DNA of 64,000 nucleotides, taken from positions 1 to 64,000 of the forward strand of contig JBBQFN010000025.1 in assembly GCA_038321985.1 (NCBI GenBank), read 5' to 3'. The position numbers and the translations under genes were made by a program. The stretch is from Cyanophyceae cyanobacterium (GTDB lineage: Bacteria; Cyanobacteriota; Cyanobacteriia; Cyanobacteriales; Laspinemataceae). This document shows, one piece after another, positions 20,085-32,186 of the stretch (position 1 is the stretch's first letter; every line of letters begins with the position of its first letter). The notes beneath the pieces are model-generated. The model had not been told where the DNA came from. It worked only from the letters and a program-made list of their open reading frames with translations, and searched no databases.

Positions 20085-22364
20085 CTAAGGAGAGTCACTC
20101 CTCACTCCCTCCATGGGATCGATCGGCATAGTTGGCGCAGAAGTGGCAGGGAAGTCAGATGGATTCAATGGCGCTTCTGACGGGGAGAGGGGAGGATTTA
20201 CTGAATCCGTGGGGGTTTCTCCGGTAAAGGGAGCAGTAGTAGGAGTGGCTTCGATCGCCGGAGTCGGTTGGATCACTTGGACTGGAGGAGGATTGAGGAT
20301 AGTTTCCCATGCCTCAATTTCTCCCTGTGCCTGATTGTGTAGATTTGAATAAAGTGGAATCATGCGCGCGAGCTCAATCGCTTGAGGAAGATTCTCCAAA
20401 GAGCGTTCTTGGGCCAGCCCTAAAATCCGTTGACTCCAGTCTTGAATGGCTGCATCCGCACTAAAGCGCAAATTCGACTTAGAAGAAACTTGATTTGCCA
20501 AATCCATTGCTTGAATCAAACGATCGGGGCTTTGAGAGACATCCCCAAGCTGATAAGCGCGGTCAAGGAGTTGGCGATCGCGACCTTCCTGCTGCCAGGT
20601 TTGGATGGCCGACTGGGCCTCATCGTAAAGCAAGCGACCCGGACGAATTCCTTGGGCCGTAGCGATCGCCGCATTTAAGTTTCCCCATTGAGCCAAATTC
20701 CAGGCTCGGTCTAAAATAGGCTGGTCTTCAAGTCGTTGAATGGCCTCAGTCCATTTCCCAATTTTGTCCTGGGCCTCTGAGTACAAAGCCCGACCTGACC
20801 CCACACGGCTAGCGCTATCAATAGCCGCTTGCAACGAAGCGCGATCGCCGTAACTTGCTAATTGTTCAGCTTGTCTCAGGTAGGGCTGGTCTTCTGTCAC
20901 CTGAATGCGGCCTTCCCATTCATCAATTTCTTCCTGGGCTCGATCCCAGACCAGATTGGTGCGACTCACCAGTTGAGCTTGGGCGATCGCCGAGCGCAAA
21001 TTGTTAACATTTCCACCCATCGCCAGATTTCGCGCCTGTTCTAGATACGCAACATCTTTGATGCTATCTTGCCACTGAGAGATTAACCGTTTTGCTTCTA
21101 AATGTAGCGGGCGATCCGGTCCAATGCTTTGGGCTTTAGCGATCGCATCTTCCAAAGACCGCACCGTTACCCGAGTCGCAATGGATTTAGCCCGAGTCAG
21201 TTCGATGAAATCCTCCGCTTCTTTTTTAACCGAACTGTTAGTTGGAATTTGGCGGGCAACATAAATGGCATCTTCCCACTTCTGCTCCTCTCCATTTTGA
21301 CGGGCTAAGGCTAGCATCTGCTTAGCAAAATCAGTAGCTAGAGAGCGAGATTTTTTATATAACTTGCTCTGGGGCTCAATTTTTTCCACCAAGGCGATCG
21401 CTTCTTGGAGATTTTTGATGGCTCCTGCTTTAGCTAAACTTCGGGCCTTCTCCAGAGTTTGGCCTTCTTGCTGAGTTATGCGGATCAGTTTGCTCAAGTC
21501 ATCGTAGCGAACCGTTTCCCAGTAAGTATTCTCCACGGAAAGCAGTTGTCGCATATAGCCTAGAGCTTGGTTCCAGTCTTCCTTTTCCAACTCCGACTCA
21601 GCATTTTTATAAAATTTTTCCGCCTCATTCCAGATTGACTCCCAGCGATCGACACGCTCTTGGACTAAGCCATAAGCTGTTGTATTGCTGGGAATCTGAC
21701 GGGCCGTAGAGATCGATTCCGACAGCTTACCTTCATTAAATATTTTTTCCGCCAAATCCAGGAGTTGCCCCGCCCATTTTTCGATCTGACGATTGATTTC
21801 CGGGCGCAGTGGGTGGTCTTGAGGAAGTTGATTCACCTCAGCGATCGCCCGTAAAAACCCGTCTACCGTTTGTTCCCTAGCCAGTTGTTGCGCGCAGTAT
21901 AGATGCTCGGAACCCGAGACCCACGTACTCTCTCCACAATTGGGCGTCTCGGGAAGGCGCAATAACATTAGCAGTGCCGTTCCCCCGAGTCCCCCCGTCA
22001 GCAAAAAGGTAACCAGCGCCCACAATTGCCAGTTCGTCATCCATCGGAGCCACCCCGGGACATCGATAGGGGAAGACCCACCGTCTCGATAGCCGCGACC
22101 TAACCCTTGTTGATCCTTTTTTCTCTGTCCGAAGCGATTTTTGCTCCGAGACGCTTCGCGATTAGCTGCGTCTTGTCCGGAGGATGGGTCCGGGGTCGAA
22201 GGCGGAAGGTGAAGATAGGAACCCCGACGAGAACCCGACCCCGCAGTAGTCCCTGTGAATCCAGACAGGGACGATCTAGGCATTCTCGCCGACGAGTCAG
22301 GTTGTCCGGACTCCGACGGCTGGGCTTTAGGCCACTGTTCTGGAAATTCGCGATCTTTTGTCAT
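20085..22364 (-). CDS. Conserved cyanobacterial single-pass membrane protein with helical repeats
   Basis: Disordered N-terminus, TM, LPETPNC...LYCAQ, repeated A...IxxxxxLYxxAQxxIxxW helical units and a Pro-rich tail. Confidence 0.75.
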   Translation of the reverse strand: MTKDREFPEQWPKAQPSESGQPDSSARMPRSSLSGFTGTTAGSGSRRGSYLHLPPSTPDPSSGQDAANREASRSKNRFGQRKKDQQGLGRGYRDGGSSPIDVPGWLRWMTNWQLWALVTFLLTGGLGGTALLMLLRLPETPNCGESTWVSGSEHLYCAQQLAREQTVDGFLRAIAEVNQLPQDHPLRPEINRQIEKWAGQLLDLAEKIFNEGKLSESISTARQIPSNTTAYGLVQERVDRWESIWNEAEKFYKNAESELEKEDWNQALGYMRQLLSVENTYWETVRYDDLSKLIRITQQEGQTLEKARSLAKAGAIKNLQEAIALVEKIEPQSKLYKKSRSLATDFAKQMLALARQNGEEQKWEDAIYVARQIPTNSSVKKEAEDFIELTRAKSIATRVTVRSLEDAIAKAQSIGPDRPLHLEAKRLISQWQDSIKDVAYLEQARNLAMGGNVNNLRSAIAQAQLVSRTNLVWDRAQEEIDEWEGRIQVTEDQPYLRQAEQLASYGDRASLQAAIDSASRVGSGRALYSEAQDKIGKWTEAIQRLEDQPILDRAWNLAQWGNLNAAIATAQGIRPGRLLYDEAQSAIQTWQQEGRDRQLLDRAYQLGDVSQSPDRLIQAMDLANQVSSKSNLRFSADAAIQDWSQRILGLAQERSLENLPQAIELARMIPLYSNLHNQAQGEIEAWETILNPPPVQVIQPTPAIEATPTTAPFTGETPTDSVNPPLSPSEAPLNPSDFPATSAPTMPIDPMEGVRSDSP

Positions 22365-23144
22365 AGCCCACCCGAAAACACTCTTGCGTCAGTCTTGGCT
22401 GTTTTAGAAAGACAGGTTTTACGATTCTGCCATACTTCCAAAACCCAAGTTTTAGGTTTGATAAGAGCCGGTTATATTTCCCTCGGTCTAGCACCCAGAA
22501 TGGTTTAGGTTAAAAGTGCTAGAGCTTTTTTGGCAACGCCGTTGGCTTATCTACCTTTTCCTTGCTAGGCCGATCTACATCGGCACCCCCCGCCTTTCCG
22601 GTTTTCTATATCCTTGTGATCATTAACATTGTGTAGATTAGCAGCACCCAGATACCTCAGTAGAGTAGATCGAACCCTGGAATAAGCTGTTTCCAGGGTG
22701 GGGGAGTTAGTGCACCAGATAACTAAGAACGACTCTTGTACCGTTGAGTTTTCAAGCCGGTTGATTCGTTGCCTCTCTATCTTCTCATGTTATTTTCTAT
22801 TGCGATCCCCACTTGAAAAAAACTTTCCCCTAGACTTCTGGCTTTAAATTTAAAAAGTCCCCCGGATTCAGGGGGGTTTGGGGGGATCGTCCCAGTCTAG
22901 GGTTTTTATAGAAGGGCTGTAAGCCTTACTCCGAAAATTTTTCACATTTTGAATTCCGAAATCCCTCCCCCAGAATCAGGGGAGGGAACCGGAGGACGAT
23001 TTAGCTTGACTCAATAGCCCAATTTGTAAAAAACCTGGACTTGTAAGGTTGCGGGGGTCGAGCCGGAATGATGGACCAGGAGTAGGGAGTGGCAGTGCAG
23101 TTCCCGTGGGGCGATCGCGGAGTGAAACCCAGCGATCGCTTGGA

Positions 23145-24041
23145 TCAAGACTCCGCTTGCAAGGTCCCAATCAGTTCGGCGAGTTGATCGCTACTGGCGG
23201 TATAAACTTCCCCACAGAAGTGACAAATTGCCTCAGCACCATCGTCTTTCTCGATCATGTCCTGGAGTTCTTCTTTCCCCAGCAATTTCAACGCCCCTAA
23301 CATCCGTTGGTGAGAGCATCCGCAGTGGAAGCGCACCATCTGTCTCTCGGGTAAAATATTTAATCCCATATCTCCGAGCAATTGCTCAAAAATATCCGGC
23401 AGGGATTTACCCGATTGCAGTAAAGGCGTAAATCCCGATAAACCGGCAACCCGGGATTCTAAAAGCGTGACGAGTTCCTCATCGGTTGCCGCTTTCGGCA
23501 TCACCTGCAACAAAATTCCTCCCGAAGCTTGCACCCCTGCTGCTTCTACAAATACCCCAACCACCAGTGCTGAAGGAGTCTGTTCTGAAGTCACCAAATA
23601 ATGAGCGATATCATCCCCGATTTCACCGGAAACCAGCTCTACGGTGCTCGAATAGGGGTAACCATATCCCATATCTCTAACAACATAGAGGTATCCCTCA
23701 TGACCGATTGCGCCCCCCACATCCAGTTTTCCCCGTGCATTCGGAGGCAATTCTATATCGGGATAATCCACATACCCACGCACGGTTCCATCTAATCCCG
23801 CATCTACGAGAATGCCCCCTAAGGGTCCGTTGCCTTTAACCCGAATGTTAACTCGGGATCCGGGGCGCTTCATGTTCGAGGCCAGTAGTAAACCCGATGA
23901 GAGGGTACGGCCCAACGCTGCTGTTGCCACATAGGAAAGGCCATGCCGCTGACGGGCTTCCTCCGTCAAGCGCGTCGTAATCACCCCAACTGCTCTGATC
24001 CCTCCATCCGCTGCCGTTGCTCTAATTAATTGATCTGCCAT
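23145..24041 (-). CDS. hslO: Hsp33 redox-regulated chaperone
   Basis: MADQLIRA, ALGR, YLVTSEQTPS and C-terminal CGC...CHFC zinc motif. Confidence 0.96.
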   Translation of the reverse strand: MADQLIRATAADGGIRAVGVITTRLTEEARQRHGLSYVATAALGRTLSSGLLLASNMKRPGSRVNIRVKGNGPLGGILVDAGLDGTVRGYVDYPDIELPPNARGKLDVGGAIGHEGYLYVVRDMGYGYPYSSTVELVSGEIGDDIAHYLVTSEQTPSALVVGVFVEAAGVQASGGILLQVMPKAATDEELVTLLESRVAGLSGFTPLLQSGKSLPDIFEQLLGDMGLNILPERQMVRFHCGCSHQRMLGALKLLGKEELQDMIEKDDGAEAICHFCGEVYTASSDQLAELIGTLQAES

Positions 24042-24180
24042 GCCAAAACCTTACAATTCTTAACAAGTCACCTAACTTTATTGTAAAAGGGGCGCTGGCT
24101 GAATGACAGCCAAGCGAAGGGGGAAAGGGGAAGTCTGCCATACTAAAAGGGAAAACCCCCACAGGCACTCAACCTCAACT

Positions 24181-24576
24181 ATGTTAGGCAGTTTTCAACA
24201 AGCTCATCTCCGAATAGAAGTGAACGCACCAGAAACGGTGATTCGCGATAGTCTCCTGCGTCGCGATCGCCTCCAAGAATGGTTATGGACCCAACGTTTC
24301 TCTACCCCCCTACCGGAACAGTTGCATTCCGGTGCCACCTTTACCCTTTCTATCGGTCCCTTGGCGCTTCGACATTTCGTAGAACGCGCTGAGTCAAATT
24401 GTCTGCGACTGTTACTCAGTGGCAGCATCGATGGATTTCACGAATGGTACTGGGGAGAGGGTTGGGTACAGTCCCGTCTAGAAGGAGTCTCTTTACTCCC
24501 GCTGAATTTAAGCCATACGATGAATTTACTCCGTCTGCGCGAGTTTGTCGCCCAGACAAAGGCTGTCTCCTCCTAG
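24181..24576 (+). CDS. Conserved cyanobacterial hypothetical protein (SRPBCC-like fold possible)
   Basis: MLGSFQQAHLRIEV...IDGFHEWYWGEGWVQSRLEGVSLLPL; ATG 24181 chosen as start. Confidence 0.7.
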   Translation: MLGSFQQAHLRIEVNAPETVIRDSLLRRDRLQEWLWTQRFSTPLPEQLHSGATFTLSIGPLALRHFVERAESNCLRLLLSGSIDGFHEWYWGEGWVQSRLEGVSLLPLNLSHTMNLLRLREFVAQTKAVSS

Positions 24577-24599
24577 ACATCGTTTCAACCCTACCAGAG

Positions 24600-24631
24600 A
24601 CCGGATTTTTGGGGCGGAAATCCGGTTTTTT
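24600..24631. terminator. Terminator hairpin between convergent genes
   Basis: ACCGGATTT...AAATCCGGT followed by a T-run. Confidence 0.6.
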
Positions 24632-24647
24632 ATTTCCCCTAGAGAGA

Positions 24648-25073
24648 TCAGGCAGGCTTAATCACCAGGACAGAACAAGAGGCATCGGTTACCACCTGAG
24701 CACTAACTGAACCCTGCAAAATTCGATTCATTCCCGTTAAGCCTCGACTGCCAATTAGAATTAAATCAGCCCGGTAAATATTTGCCAAGCGCACGATTTC
24801 TTCAGAAGGATCCCCGGTGACTATTTCAAGTTCGGTTTGACAAGGAATTTTTTCTTGATAGGATTGAAGTTTTTTTTCTATAGCCCGATAGGGGATATCT
24901 TCCGTATCAACTGGGGGTCTATCTGCCACCACATCCAGATCCGATGTCGGATTGAAAATCACATGAGCCAGAATGACTTGAGTCATGGTTTCGAGCTTCA
25001 GGTTATGCAAGGTGGCAATGACTTGCTCTGACAAATCTGAACCATCAAGAGCTACGAGAATGGTACTAATCAC
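24648..25073 (-). CDS. Universal stress protein (UspA family)
   Basis: ILVALDGS, GDPSEEIV, DLILIGSRG and GSVS; GTG start at 25073 with an AGGAGT RBS. Confidence 0.92.
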   Translation of the reverse strand: MISTILVALDGSDLSEQVIATLHNLKLETMTQVILAHVIFNPTSDLDVVADRPPVDTEDIPYRAIEKKLQSYQEKIPCQTELEIVTGDPSEEIVRLANIYRADLILIGSRGLTGMNRILQGSVSAQVVTDASCSVLVIKPA

Positions 25074-25435
25074 GATGCCGACTCCTAATTCGCTATTCGC
25101 TGGGCCAAGTTTGGGCAACTGGCTTCAATCTTACCGGGAAAAATCTTTCCGGGAGAAAATCGCTTCACCGCTTAGTTTAGCGGGATTGTACTCGGAATTC
25201 TTAGGCACAAGCAAAGCAATCTAACTTTTTTTAATAGCCGGGATGATGGGGGCGTTCTCTAGACCCGCCTGGAGGGAGGGCCGAGCTTTTTCTAGGGCTG
25301 TTAAGGCCATAAAAAAGCCGACAAGTCACTGTCGGCAGAAAATTATAGAAATGAATTAAATGAATGGGACTCAAGGGCCCGGTGTGTCCATCGGCGATCG
25401 CGCTTCTCTTCCGAGAAGACCACCAACGGCAACCC

Positions 25436-26737
25436 CTAGGGTCCATCTTTGATTCGCTTGCGGACGGAATCCCCGTGAGAAGGTAAACCTTCGGCTTTGG
25501 TGAGGATATCAATCGCACTGGCGACCTTCTGGAGTGCCTTGGGAGAATATTGAATCAAACTGGAGTGTTTCATAAAGGTTTCCACCCCCAAAGCTGAGGC
25601 ATAACGCGCCGATCCCGAAGTGGGAAGGGTATGGTTAGGGCCTGCGAGGTAATCGCCGACAGCTTCAGGGGTGGAGTTCCCGAGGAAGATGGCACCAGCA
25701 TGACGAATCCACTCCAGCAAATCCCAAGGGTCGCTGACTTCGAGTTCTAGGTGTTCTGGGGCAAATTCATTGGAGAGCTCGGCGGCAATTTGCAGGGAAT
25801 CAACCACAATGACTACACCGTAGTGGGCGATCGCCTTTTCGGTGAGGGTCCGGCGTGGGTGATCAATTAGTTGGTCCTCGACTTCGGCCACGACTTTGCG
25901 CGCGATCTGAGCATCAGTAGTAATCAAAATCGCGGCAGCAAGGGGGTCATGTTCGGCTTGCGCCAGTAAATCCGTGGCGACATGAGCTGGATTAGCTTGG
26001 GAATCAGCAATGATCAGCACTTCCGAGGGACCGGCTAAGGAGTCAATGCCCACGGTGCCAAAGACCTGCTTTTTCGCTAGAGTCACGTAGATGTTACCGG
26101 GGCCGGTAATCACATCCACTTTAGGGATGGTTTCCGTACCATACGCCAAGGCCGCGATCGCCTGGGCACCGCCTACGCGATAAATTTCCTGGATCCCAGC
26201 TTCCTGGGCTGCCACCAGCACCGCTGAGTTCACCGTTTTTTCGGGTCCCGGTGGCGTGCAGATGACAATCCGGGGGACCCCAGCTACTTGAGCCGGGATT
26301 GCATTCATCAGCACGGTACTGGGATAGGCAGCTCGCCCCCCCGGAACGTACAGCCCCGCTCTATCTACGGGGGTATAACGCTTACCCAGCACCACTTCAT
26401 CGTCCCCAAATTGAACCCAAGATTTGGGAACGCGTTGGCGATGGAACGCTTCAATGTTCTGTTTTGCCAAGCGAATGGCGTCTAAGAGTTCTTTGGGGAC
26501 CTGCTGATAAGCGGCATCCAATTCGGATCCGCTCACGCGCAGGTCTTCGGGCTTTAATAATTGCCCGTCGAACTCAGCCGTATAATGTAAAAGTGAGCGA
26601 TCGCCTTGGCGTTTGACTGCTTGGAGCACTTCACGAACCGTTGCCTCTTTGTGGACAACTTGGTCATCGTGGGTGCGATCGCAGATGCGCCGGAGTTCAG
26701 CTTGTGCCTCAGCCCGCTGTGTAATGATTCGCAGCAT
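25436..26737 (-). CDS. hisD: Histidinol dehydrogenase
   Basis: GLYVPGG, VGGAQAIAALAYG, GPGNIYV, AGPSE, QAEHD, APEHL and GDYLAGPNHTLPT. Confidence 0.97.
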   Translation of the reverse strand: MLRIITQRAEAQAELRRICDRTHDDQVVHKEATVREVLQAVKRQGDRSLLHYTAEFDGQLLKPEDLRVSGSELDAAYQQVPKELLDAIRLAKQNIEAFHRQRVPKSWVQFGDDEVVLGKRYTPVDRAGLYVPGGRAAYPSTVLMNAIPAQVAGVPRIVICTPPGPEKTVNSAVLVAAQEAGIQEIYRVGGAQAIAALAYGTETIPKVDVITGPGNIYVTLAKKQVFGTVGIDSLAGPSEVLIIADSQANPAHVATDLLAQAEHDPLAAAILITTDAQIARKVVAEVEDQLIDHPRRTLTEKAIAHYGVVIVVDSLQIAAELSNEFAPEHLELEVSDPWDLLEWIRHAGAIFLGNSTPEAVGDYLAGPNHTLPTSGSARYASALGVETFMKHSSLIQYSPKALQKVASAIDILTKAEGLPSHGDSVRKRIKDGP

Positions 26738-26954
26738 GGAATTAGGAGATAATCAGAGGTATTGCCCATTCGAGAACGGCTCGCTCGCCACATCAACCGC
26801 GACTACCGATGTTTTGGCTTACCCGTACCCGTCTTCTCTAGCTTAACCTGGATTTTCTTTAACTGAAACGCATTTCCCCTAGATTCGATGCTATAGTATT
26901 TTATCTAGTATGTTATTATAATTGTTCCCGTATTGAGTTCTGGGCTAATCGACT

Positions 26955-27260
26955 GTGGCTAACATCAAGTCTGCTATCAAGCGCGTCCAAATTACTGAAC
27001 GCAATCGCTTGCGTAACAAATCTTATAAGTCAGCGGTCAAAACGCTGATCAAGAAGTGTGTCACCTCTGCCGAGCAATACGGCAGCAACCCGACACCCGA
27101 GTTGAAAGAAGAGATTCATAATCGGCTCAATGCCGCTTACAGCAAGATCGACAAAGCAGTAAAGTGCGGCGTCCTTCATGCGAACAATGGCGCTCGCAAA
27201 AAATCCAGTTTAGCCAAAGTTGTTAAACAACACGAGTTAGCGCAATCGTCTGCCTCGTAA
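26955..27260 (+). CDS. rpsT: 30S ribosomal protein S20
   Basis: ANIKSAIKR...RN...KS.VKT and IDKAVK.GVLH.N.GARKKS. Confidence 0.97.
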   Translation: MANIKSAIKRVQITERNRLRNKSYKSAVKTLIKKCVTSAEQYGSNPTPELKEEIHNRLNAAYSKIDKAVKCGVLHANNGARKKSSLAKVVKQHELAQSSAS

Positions 27261-27465
27261 GGATGACCCCCAACGCAGGGTTTTGTCTGCCATTGACGAC
27301 TTCGGGAAACCGAAAGCGTTAGTGACGGTTGGGCTAAATGCTTTCAAAGTCTTAGTCCAACCTCTTTGTCCCTGCGTATTTTTCACCTTAAACCCCTTGT
27401 AGAGACGCGAAACCTCGCGGCTTTCATCGGGTAAATCTTTCCCTACCCAGAGCGCGTCGATTCCG

Positions 27466-28245
27466 ATGCAATTGATAGATACCCACGTTCACATTAATTT
27501 TGAGCGGTTTGACGGAGATTTAGAGGCGGTCCGCGAACGGTGGCGTGAAGCCGGGGTCGTGCATCTTGTGCATTCCTGCGTCACACCGGAAGAATTTAGC
27601 AGCATTCAAGGAATCGCGAATCGGTTTGAGGAAATTTCCTTCGCCGTAGGTTTGCATCCCTTGGAAGCACATCAATGGTCATCCCACAGCGCGGAGCAGA
27701 TTGAGGCATTAGCCGAATCCGAACCGCGAGTGGTCGCCATTGGAGAAACTGGGCTAGACTTTTATAAGGCCGAAAATCAACAGCAGCAAAAAGAAGCATT
27801 TTTAGCACAGCTAGAAATAGCACAGCGGCTTAATAAGGCGGTGATTATCCATTGCCGGGATGCCTCTAGGGAGATGGCTGAACTCTTACAGAGTTTCTGG
27901 GGCGATCGCTCTCCCGTTCCCGGAGTCATGCATTGTTGGGGTGGAACTCCCGAAGAAACCCAATGGTTTCTAGACTTAGGCTTTTATATTAGCTTTAGCG
28001 GGATTGTCACTTTTAAGAATGCCCAAAGCATTCAAAACTCCGCACGTCTAGTCCCCAGCGATCGCCTGCTCGTCGAAACCGATTGCCCTTTTTTAGCCCC
28101 AGTGCCAAAGCGCGGCAAACGCAATGAACCAGCTTACGTTCGCTACGTTGCTGAACAAGTGGCGACCCTGCGCGGGGTCTCATTAGAAACCCTAGCCGCT
28201 CAAACCACAGAAAATGCCTGTCGCCTATTTAAACTGACTTTGTGA
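27466..28245 (+). CDS. tatD: TatD-family hydrolase/DNase
   Basis: [30 protein letters not shown] and ETDCPFL. Confidence 0.95.
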   Translation: MQLIDTHVHINFERFDGDLEAVRERWREAGVVHLVHSCVTPEEFSSIQGIANRFEEISFAVGLHPLEAHQWSSHSAEQIEALAESEPRVVAIGETGLDFYKAENQQQQKEAFLAQLEIAQRLNKAVIIHCRDASREMAELLQSFWGDRSPVPGVMHCWGGTPEETQWFLDLGFYISFSGIVTFKNAQSIQNSARLVPSDRLLVETDCPFLAPVPKRGKRNEPAYVRYVAEQVATLRGVSLETLAAQTTENACRLFKLTL

Positions 28246-28340
28246 TGAGTTCACTCGTTGAACGCCCCCTACAAACGTCGCCTGGGCTGTTGTAGCTTAT
28301 CAAGCCCTCTGCTGCGATTCCCTCTAAACCTGACCACTCC

Positions 28341-28369
28341 TTGACGCTAAAAACGAACGAAGCTATAAT
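28341..28369 (+). promoter_or_regulatory. Sigma70-type promoter of the rpoB operon
   Basis: TTGACG (28341-28346), 17-nt spacer, TATAAT (28364-28369). Confidence 0.7.
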
Positions 28370-28578
28370 AATGGGTTACCTGAAAAAAATGGAAAAATTG
28401 CCTGGGTCTGGACTTCCGCGCAGTAGCGATCCATCAAGGGATAGCTGACACCGTTAATCGGGAGACTCATAAAGTCACCCGGAAAAACCATCTTTGACCG
28501 GAGAACTGTGCCAAGCCAAAACAAGAGTTTAAACCCAACGGCGTCACCGAAAAAGCACTCTTTGAAACAACAGCACCA

Positions 28579-28620
28579 AAGGATGAAGGATGAAGAAGGA
28601 TGAAGCATAAAGGATGAAGA
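28579..28620 (+). repeat. AAGGATG heptamer-type short tandem repeats
   Basis: AAGGATGAAGGATGAAGAAGGATGAAGCATAAAGGATGAAG in the rpoB leader. Confidence 0.7.
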
Positions 28621-28714
28621 TGCACGCCTTCGGCCTTCATCCGGCAGCAACAGGTCTTTATTTTTGGCTTCCCTAACTTGCGTAGAATTCACAGCGTAGA
28701 GGCGATCGATACAA

Positions 28715-31700
28715 ATGAATAATCCGACCTACCCAGCAGCAACGGCATTTACCCTACCCGATCTCGTCGAGATTCAACGGGCCAGTTTCCGCTGGTTTCT
28801 TGAATTAGGGTTAATTGAAGAACTCGACAGCTTTTCCCCCATCACCGACTATACGGGAAAACTAGAGTTACATTTTATAGGAAAGGACTACAAACTCAAG
28901 CGTCCGAAATACGATGTTGATGACGCAAAACGCAGAGATAGCACCTATGCGGTGCAAATGTATGTACCCACCCGCCTGATCAACAAAGAAACCGGCGAAA
29001 TCAAAGAGCAAGAAGTCTTCATCGGCGACCTGCCCCTGATGACCGAACGCGGCACTTTCATCATCAACGGTGCCGAACGAGTCATCGTTAACCAAATTGT
29101 GCGCTCTCCGGGAGTCTACTACAAATCCGAGACTGACAAAAACGGACGACGGACCTACAATGCCAGCTTGATCCCCAACCGAGGGGCATGGCTGAAATTT
29201 GAGACGGACAAAAACGATTTAGTTTGGGTCCGCATCGATAAAACCCGGAAATTGAGCGCCCAAGTGCTGCTCAAGGCCCTAGGACTGAGCAATAACGAAA
29301 TTTTCGATGCCCTGCGCCACCCCGAATACTTTCAAAAAACCATTGAAAAAGAAGGGGAATTTACAGAAGAAGAAGCTCTGATGGAGCTTTACAAAAAGCT
29401 GCGTCCCGGGGAACCCCCCACGGTATCCGGAGGCAGCCAACTCCTGGATTCGCGCTTCTTCGACCCGAAACGGTACGACCTCGGGCGGGTGGGACGCTAC
29501 AAGTTGAACAAGAAATTGCGCTTGTCGGTGCCCGATAACGTGCGGGTGTTAACGCCCCAGGATATTCTCACGGCGATCGACTACCTGATCAACCTGGAAT
29601 TCGACGTGGGACAAAGCGACGACATCGACCACTTAGGCAATCGCCGGGTGCGATCGGTCGGCGAACTCTTGCAAAACCAAGTCCGAGTGGGACTCAACCG
29701 CCTAGAACGGATCATCCGCGAACGGATGACGGTTTCTGATGCCGATTCCCTCACTCCCGCCTCCTTGGTTAACCCCAAACCCCTCGTCGCTGCGATTAAA
29801 GAATTCTTCGGGTCTTCCCAGCTTTCCCAGTTTATGGATCAGACCAACCCCTTAGCGGAACTGACCCACAAACGCCGCTTGAGTGCCTTGGGTCCAGGGG
29901 GGTTAACACGGGAACGTGCCGGGTTTGCCGTGCGAGATATTCATCCCTCCCACTACGGACGGATCTGCCCCATTGAAACTCCAGAAGGCCCCAACGCAGG
30001 GTTAATTGGCTCCCTAGCGACTCACGCGAGGGTCAACCCCTACGGATTTATCGAGACCCCATTTTACCCCGTAGAAAATGGTCGCGTCTTGCGGGAACGG
30101 GGGGCGCTGTTTATGACCGCCGATGAGGAAGATGACCTGCGGGTTGCTCCTGGAGACATTACCGTAGATGAAGGCGGGTATATCCAGGGTGAAACCGTAC
30201 CCGTGCGCTATCGCCAAGATTTCACCACTACCACACCTGATCAGGTGGACTATGTGGCAGTTTCTCCGGTGCAGATTATCTCCGTGGCAACGTCGTTAAT
30301 TCCCTTCTTGGAACATGATGATGCTAACCGAGCGCTGATGGGTTCTAATATGCAGCGGCAGGCAGTGCCGCTGTTACTCCCCGAGCGACCCTTAGTGGGA
30401 ACGGGTCTGGAAGCACAAGCAGCCCGGGACTCCGGCATGGTTGTTGTTTCCCGGACCGAGGGCATGGTGACGTTTGTCGATGCCAATACGATTCGGGTAC
30501 AGGACCCAACGGGTCGGGAAATGGAATATCAGTTACAGAAGTATCAACGGTCCAACCAAGACACTTGTTTGAACCAGCGACCCCTCGTATTTGAAGGGGA
30601 TGATATTGTTGCGGGTCAAGTTATAGCCGATGGGTCCTCGACAGAAGGGGGCGAGTTGGCCCTGGGCCAGAATATTCTGGTCGCTTATATGCCCTGGGAG
30701 GGCTATAACTACGAGGACGCCATTCTGATTAGTGAGCGTCTGGTTTATGACGACCTCTACACCTCGATTCACATTGAGAAATATGAAATTGAGGCAAGGC
30801 AAACCAAGCTGGGACCGGAAGAAATTACCCGAGAAATTCCCAACGTCGGGGAAGATTCCCTCCGACAGTTAGATGAAGGCGGAATTATCCGCATTGGCGC
30901 TTGGGTTGAGTCCGGTGACATTCTCGTTGGAAAAGTGACGCCTAAAGGGGAATCAGACCAACCGCCAGAAGAGAAGCTCCTGCGGGCCATTTTCGGAGAA
31001 AAAGCTCGTGATGTGCGGGATAATTCCCTGCGAGTGCCTAACGGTGAGAAAGGCCGGGTTGTGGATGTCCGGGTGTTTACCCGAGAACAGGGAGATGAAC
31101 TGCCTCCTGGGGCGAACATGGTGGTCCGGGTTTATGTCGCCCAGAAACGGAAAATCCAGGTGGGAGACAAAATGGCCGGTCGTCACGGGAATAAGGGAAT
31201 TATTTCTCGAATTTTACCGATCGAGGATATGCCTTATCTGCCCGATGGCACGCCGTTGGATATCGTGTTGAATCCTCTGGGGGTACCGTCACGGATGAAC
31301 GTAGGCCAAGTTTTTGAGTGCCTGCTGGGGTGGGCCGGACAAAACCTCGGTTCCCGGTTTAAAGTGGTACCTTTTGATGAAATGCACGGGGCGGAAAAGT
31401 CGCGTGAAACCGTCCATGGCAAGTTACGGGAGTCTCGGGAAAAGACGGGCAAGGATTGGTTATTTGACGAGAACAATCCAGGCAAAACCGTCGTTTATGA
31501 TGGCCGGACTGGAGAGGCATTTGACCGTCCTATTACCGTGGGTAAGGCGTATATGCTCAAGTTGGTGCATTTGGTGGATGATAAAATTCACGCCCGTTCT
31601 ACGGGTCCTTATTCTTTGGTTACCCAGCAACCTCTAGGGGGTAAAGCACAACAGGGTGGTCAGCGCTTCGGAGAAATGGAAGTTTGGGCATTGGAGGCAT

Positions 31701-32020
31701 TTGGGGCCGCTTATACCTTGCAGGAATTGCTCACGGTGAAGTCCGACGATATGCAGGGGCGTAATGAAGCGTTGAATGCGATCGTCAAAGGGAAAGCGAT
31801 TCCGCGTCCGGGAACCCCTGAGTCGTTCAAGGTGCTGATGCGCGAGTTGCAGTCTCTTTGTTTGGATATTGCGGTACATAAAGTGCAGACCCAGGAAGAT
31901 GGCACCTCGCGGGATGTAGAGGTGGACTTAATGGCGGATGTGTCAAATCGTCGCACCCCCTCTCGTCCAACTTATGAGTCGGTGTCTCGGGAAGCGTTAG
32001 AGGAGGAAGAGGAAGAGTAA
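28715..32020 (+). CDS. rpoB: RNA polymerase beta subunit
   Basis: [31 protein letters not shown] and [13 protein letters not shown]. Confidence 0.99.
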   Translation: MNNPTYPAATAFTLPDLVEIQRASFRWFLELGLIEELDSFSPITDYTGKLELHFIGKDYKLKRPKYDVDDAKRRDSTYAVQMYVPTRLINKETGEIKEQEVFIGDLPLMTERGTFIINGAERVIVNQIVRSPGVYYKSETDKNGRRTYNASLIPNRGAWLKFETDKNDLVWVRIDKTRKLSAQVLLKALGLSNNEIFDALRHPEYFQKTIEKEGEFTEEEALMELYKKLRPGEPPTVSGGSQLLDSRFFDPKRYDLGRVGRYKLNKKLRLSVPDNVRVLTPQDILTAIDYLINLEFDVGQSDDIDHLGNRRVRSVGELLQNQVRVGLNRLERIIRERMTVSDADSLTPASLVNPKPLVAAIKEFFGSSQLSQFMDQTNPLAELTHKRRLSALGPGGLTRERAGFAVRDIHPSHYGRICPIETPEGPNAGLIGSLATHARVNPYGFIETPFYPVENGRVLRERGALFMTADEEDDLRVAPGDITVDEGGYIQGETVPVRYRQDFTTTTPDQVDYVAVSPVQIISVATSLIPFLEHDDANRALMGSNMQRQAVPLLLPERPLVGTGLEAQAARDSGMVVVSRTEGMVTFVDANTIRVQDPTGREMEYQLQKYQRSNQDTCLNQRPLVFEGDDIVAGQVIADGSSTEGGELALGQNILVAYMPWEGYNYEDAILISERLVYDDLYTSIHIEKYEIEARQTKLGPEEITREIPNVGEDSLRQLDEGGIIRIGAWVESGDILVGKVTPKGESDQPPEEKLLRAIFGEKARDVRDNSLRVPNGEKGRVVDVRVFTREQGDELPPGANMVVRVYVAQKRKIQVGDKMAGRHGNKGIISRILPIEDMPYLPDGTPLDIVLNPLGVPSRMNVGQVFECLLGWAGQNLGSRFKVVPFDEMHGAEKSRETVHGKLRESREKTGKDWLFDENNPGKTVVYDGRTGEAFDRPITVGKAYMLKLVHLVDDKIHARSTGPYSLVTQQPLGGKAQQGGQRFGEMEVWALEAFGAAYTLQELLTVKSDDMQGRNEALNAIVKGKAIPRPGTPESFKVLMRELQSLCLDIAVHKVQTQEDGTSRDVEVDLMADVSNRRTPSRPTYESVSREALEEEEEE

Positions 32021-32186
32021 CTTCTTCTGATTGAGGTGGAAGGAGGATAGGGGATAACCACAGCAAGTCGGGACGTTAAAGTGTTTTTTACTCATTGATG
32101 TTCCCTATCCTCCCTAAGTCCCTCATCCTTCCATTATTCCAAATGACCAACGGCCAAGGACAAAGTTTATAAGGGGATATCATCGA

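Noticed and set aside
22400..23140. Possible ncRNA in the roughly 780-nt gap between hslO and the helical-repeat gene
   Set aside because: Only isolated hairpins (ACCCTGGAA...TTCCAGGGT) and common C/G-run repeat elements; nothing matches an RNA family I can recognise.
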